From an uncultured Mycoplasmatota bacterium (GTDB lineage: Bacteria; Bacillota_I; Bacilli_A; RF39; UBA660): 64,000 nt of DNA. Every line of letters starts with the position of its first letter. Within the stretch, counting starts at the first letter, position 1. A program made the translations under genes and the position numbers. The notes under the pieces are model-generated. The model saw nothing but the letters and a program-made list of their open reading frames with translations. It was not told the origin of the DNA and made no database searches. Location: contig CANSRH010000004.1 of assembly GCA_947649365.1 (NCBI GenBank), positions 19,586 through 83,585 of the forward strand, given 5' to 3'. Positions 60,921 through 64,000 of the stretch are shown one piece after another.

Positions 60921-61415
60921 ATGGAGGAAATAAATTTGAAAAAACCATTTATAATTTTTGTGCTAGTAATAATTTTTATTTGTTTTGGAATGATTATGTT
61001 AAATAAAAAAATTACCACAACGAATTATTGGGGAATAAAGATTTTAAGACCTAAAAAAATTAAATATGTAATCGAGGAAAATGGAATAGATGCTACTATA
61101 TTAGGAATAATGTATTATGATAGTAAGGATATCGAAATGATAAAAAATAATGAAAATTTCCAAAAAATTGAATATGATCCAGAAAGGTTTTATAAAGAAT
61201 ATACTTCTTTGGTGGATAATTATTTCAAATACCTATTATCTAATGAAAATCAAGAAATTTTAAAACAAACGCTAATTTGGAATGAAATTTCTCAACCTAA
61301 TAACTTTTACGCAATTAAAAAAAAGTATAATAAAGGACAAGTTGGCTTTAGTTTTACGTTGCTAATATTGGACGTAAATAATAACAAACTATATTCCGTT
61401 GTTTTTACGTCTTAG
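60921..61415 (+). CDS. putative immunity protein for cassette 2, N-terminal membrane anchor
   Basis: KKPFIIFVLVIIFICFGMIML, directly after the tip. Confidence 0.65.
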   Translation: MEEINLKKPFIIFVLVIIFICFGMIMLNKKITTTNYWGIKILRPKKIKYVIEENGIDATILGIMYYDSKDIEMIKNNENFQKIEYDPERFYKEYTSLVDNYFKYLLSNENQEILKQTLIWNEISQPNNFYAIKKKYNKGQVGFSFTLLILDVNNNKLYSVVFTS

Positions 61416-61577
61416 ATTAAGGAAGATACATAAATGATATCTTCCTTTTTGTATTTTAAAAATACTAATCTAAATACTGGACATTTTTCATAAATAAGTC
61501 ACAAAAATAAATAATGCTTCTTTTTGCTTTTGTGATATACTTGAAATGTAAATAAGTAAAACATTTACAACTCTTAA

Positions 61578-61883
61578 GACGTCACAGGAATCTACAACAA
61601 AGACTATGAACTGATAGCAATCTATGAATTTTAAATATCAAAGCTAAAACTAAAGCAATTATAACAGAATAATAGTAGATGGTTTAGACCGCAAACTATT
61701 GTATCAAGCATAACAGGAAATTATCAAAGAAAGTTAATTACGAATAACATTGCTTCTTCAATAGGAGCAACAATAGCTTCAAAAGTTATCGAACCACAAA
61801 ATGTAGGTGAAAATAATGAGGAATGGAAAGCGAATCAAAACTTTAAAGGACCTGGAAGATTTCTAGTAGCAAACAGAAGATAA
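61578..61883 (+). pseudogene. heavily deleted orphan RHS cassette 3
   Basis: DVTGIYNKDYELIAIYE fragment, then NSR joined to an unrelated C-terminal frame ending 61883. Confidence 0.65.
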
Positions 61884-62075
61884 TAAAAGAAAAATTAGAC
61901 CAAAGACCTCCTAAAAAAGAAAAGAAGCAAAAAAATAAATAATGCTTCTTTTTTGTATTTATACCTAAAAATAAATTTTTTAATTATTAAATGAGGAAAA
62001 AAATACTTTATATTCTTTAACTTATAAGAAGAGAATACGTCATAAAATGTGTAAATAGAATTGCTTTATGTTCAT

Positions 62076-63338
62076 TCAAGAAATCAATTCGTTTTTTATG
62101 AATTGATAAGATCTTTTACCATCTAATTTTCTAGCAACTAACATTGAACAAGAAGCATCTCCAACTACATTTAATAGGGTAGCAGGTGCATCAATAATCG
62201 TCGCGATAATAGTAAGAATAGGTAAAGCTGTAACAGGAAATCCCATCATTGATAGAATAACCATTTCAGAAATCGTGCCTCCTCCAACAGGAACAGCAGC
62301 AACTAACAAATTAGCAAGCAAAGAAACAGCCACAACTTGAAAGAAGCCTTCGAATGTAAACACATTCATTTCAAACAAATAAACCAAAAACATAATTTTA
62401 AAAACACTACCAATAATGGAACCATCTTTATGAAAACTAGTACCAAGAGGAATAACCGTTTCAGCAATATCTTCTCGGACTCCCATTTGTTTTACGCATT
62501 TTATATTCATTGGAATCGAAGCTGCAGAAGAGCAAGTTGAAATAGCAGTAACACTAACAGGAAGGATATTTTTCCAAAAAAGTTGGATGCCTTTTTTACC
62601 GCCAGCTATATAAGCATAAAACGTATAAACGAGAAAATAGAAGAAGAAAGCAACAAAAACATAGACAATTAATGTTTTTACATAATAAACAACTAGAGTT
62701 GCACCAAAGGTTCCAATCAACGAAGCAAAATAACATCCAAGACCAATAGGTGCATAATAAAAAGCAATATCCACGAGCTTTAAAACCACTTGATTCGCAC
62801 TTTGTAACACTTCCAAAAAAGGTTTTGCGTCTTTCCCAACTTTATGAATAGCAATTCCCATAAACAAGGAAAGAATCACCAAAGCTAAAATATTTTCTTT
62901 AGATAAAATCTTAGTAAAATCATCAACACTAATCGCATTCACGGTTCGGTGGAGCAAATCAAAGCTTTCAGTCGTAGAATCGTTCGTTTCACTAAGTGTT
63001 GCCAAAATAGCGCTTCCATTAGAAGAATCAACTAGTGGAATAGAATAAGTAGTGAAAATACCAACAAAAACTGCAACCAAAGAAGTAATACCAAAAACAA
63101 AAAGTGTTGTTTTTAAAAGTTTTCCCACCCGCTTAGGATTCTCAATTTTAGCAATAGAAGTTGTAATTGTTAAAAAAATAAGAGGAACAATTAAAACAAA
63201 CATCATATTCATAAATAAAGTCCCTAAAGGTTCCAACACACTTGCTTTTTCTTGAAATACAATTCCAATACAAGTTCCTATTAGTAAAGAAACCATTAAA
63301 AGAATCGTATTTTTATAATGTTTCCAAATTTTTTTCAT
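62076..63338 (-). CDS. dicarboxylate/amino acid:cation symporter (DAACS)
   Basis: STCSSAASIP, PLGTSFHKDG, ATLLNVVGD. Confidence 0.92.
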   Translation of the reverse strand: MKKIWKHYKNTILLMVSLLIGTCIGIVFQEKASVLEPLGTLFMNMMFVLIVPLIFLTITTSIAKIENPKRVGKLLKTTLFVFGITSLVAVFVGIFTTYSIPLVDSSNGSAILATLSETNDSTTESFDLLHRTVNAISVDDFTKILSKENILALVILSLFMGIAIHKVGKDAKPFLEVLQSANQVVLKLVDIAFYYAPIGLGCYFASLIGTFGATLVVYYVKTLIVYVFVAFFFYFLVYTFYAYIAGGKKGIQLFWKNILPVSVTAISTCSSAASIPMNIKCVKQMGVREDIAETVIPLGTSFHKDGSIIGSVFKIMFLVYLFEMNVFTFEGFFQVVAVSLLANLLVAAVPVGGGTISEMVILSMMGFPVTALPILTIIATIIDAPATLLNVVGDASCSMLVARKLDGKRSYQFIKNELIS

Positions 63339-63464
63339 AAAACATTCACCTCTACTAACAGCATATTAAAAAAAAGTAAGTTTGAATAGCCACAACAATC
63401 CACACCGAAAAGAAAGAAATTTGTTAAAATCCACAAAATATGATAAGGTAAAAAAGAGGTGTTT

Positions 63465-64000
63465 ATGAACAAAGAATATATCAAAATGAACAACAATGAC
63501 TTTTATTTAAGTTTAGGGAATTACATACGAATAATGAAAGAATTATCCAAAAATAAAACATCAGCTTTACAAACTGAAATTTTTTGTACTCTTTTTGGTA
63601 TTCCAGAGATAAAAGACACAACAGTAAACAACTATTGTGTAGGAATTCGAGCAATTGGAGGAGAATACAAACAAATTTATATATATAAAAAAAGCCATTA
63701 TTTAAAAGAAAAAGAAACGATGTTAGAAACCCTTTTTGAAATGCTAACCATTTTAGAAGGAAAAATTTTACAAGAAAAAACACAACAATCGTTTAACAAC
63801 AATGAAATAGTGGAAGAATTAGCAATCAAACTCATGAATATTGCCAAAAACGATGAAAATATAAAAAAAGAACAAATACAAAAATGGAAACAAGAAATAG
63901 AAAAAAAACAATACGATGCTTTTTTAAGTGAAACATTATTTTATGCTATATTAGAAAACAAACAACCTTTGTATGAATTGGACAAAAAGAAAAAGAAAAT
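63465..64000 (+). CDS. hypothetical protein, 3' end cut by window edge
   Basis: RBS AGAGGTG; MNKEYIKMNNNDFYLSLGNY..., open to the window end. Confidence 0.7.
   Translation, partial: MNKEYIKMNNNDFYLSLGNYIRIMKELSKNKTSALQTEIFCTLFGIPEIKDTTVNNYCVGIRAIGGEYKQIYIYKKSHYLKEKETMLETLFEMLTILEGKILQEKTQQSFNNNEIVEELAIKLMNIAKNDENIKKEQIQKWKQEIEKKQYDAFLSETLFYAILENKQPLYELDKKKKK

Noticed and set aside
58241-61955. CRISPR array or integron attC sites
   Set aside because: Spacing is gene-sized and irregular, no cas or integrase gene, no attC core; better explained as an RHS cassette spacer
63390-63435. CCACA repeats as DnaA boxes/origin
   Set aside because: Two or more mismatches to TTATCCACA and no dnaA context

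Overview
AT-rich chromosomal window from a Gram-positive (Bacillota) bacterium. Gene content and style suggest an uncultured, reduced-genome gut Bacilli lineage (RF39-like; inference). The standard genetic code is used. Housekeeping genes (murB, murC, murD, gltX, thrS, ttcA, a D-Ala-D-Ala carboxypeptidase, tRNA-Gln(CTG), tRNA-Glu(CTC)) are mixed with ABC transporters, a two-component system, a LexA-box-preceded Y-family polymerase/YolD pair, orphan lipoproteins and several eroding pseudogenes. Three things stand out. (1) 49.8-62 kb: a polymorphic-toxin locus. A WapA-like RHS protein with no signal peptide is translationally coupled to two phage tail-fibre/baseplate-like proteins that share a constant N-terminal leader. 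An endolysin-like M23 peptidase lies upstream. Downstream are an immunity gene and orphan toxin/immunity cassettes separated by a conserved terminator plus extended -10 spacer. (2) 37.9-40 kb: a divergent, editing-deficient ThrRS behind a double threonine sensor, namely an unannotated Thr-rich leader peptide with complete 1:2/2:3/3:4 attenuator pairings followed by a T-box riboswitch. (3) Three promoters with G-tracts directly against the -10 box, including a pure G10 that is a candidate phase-variable switch. All family assignments come from motif recognition by eye; no searches were run.
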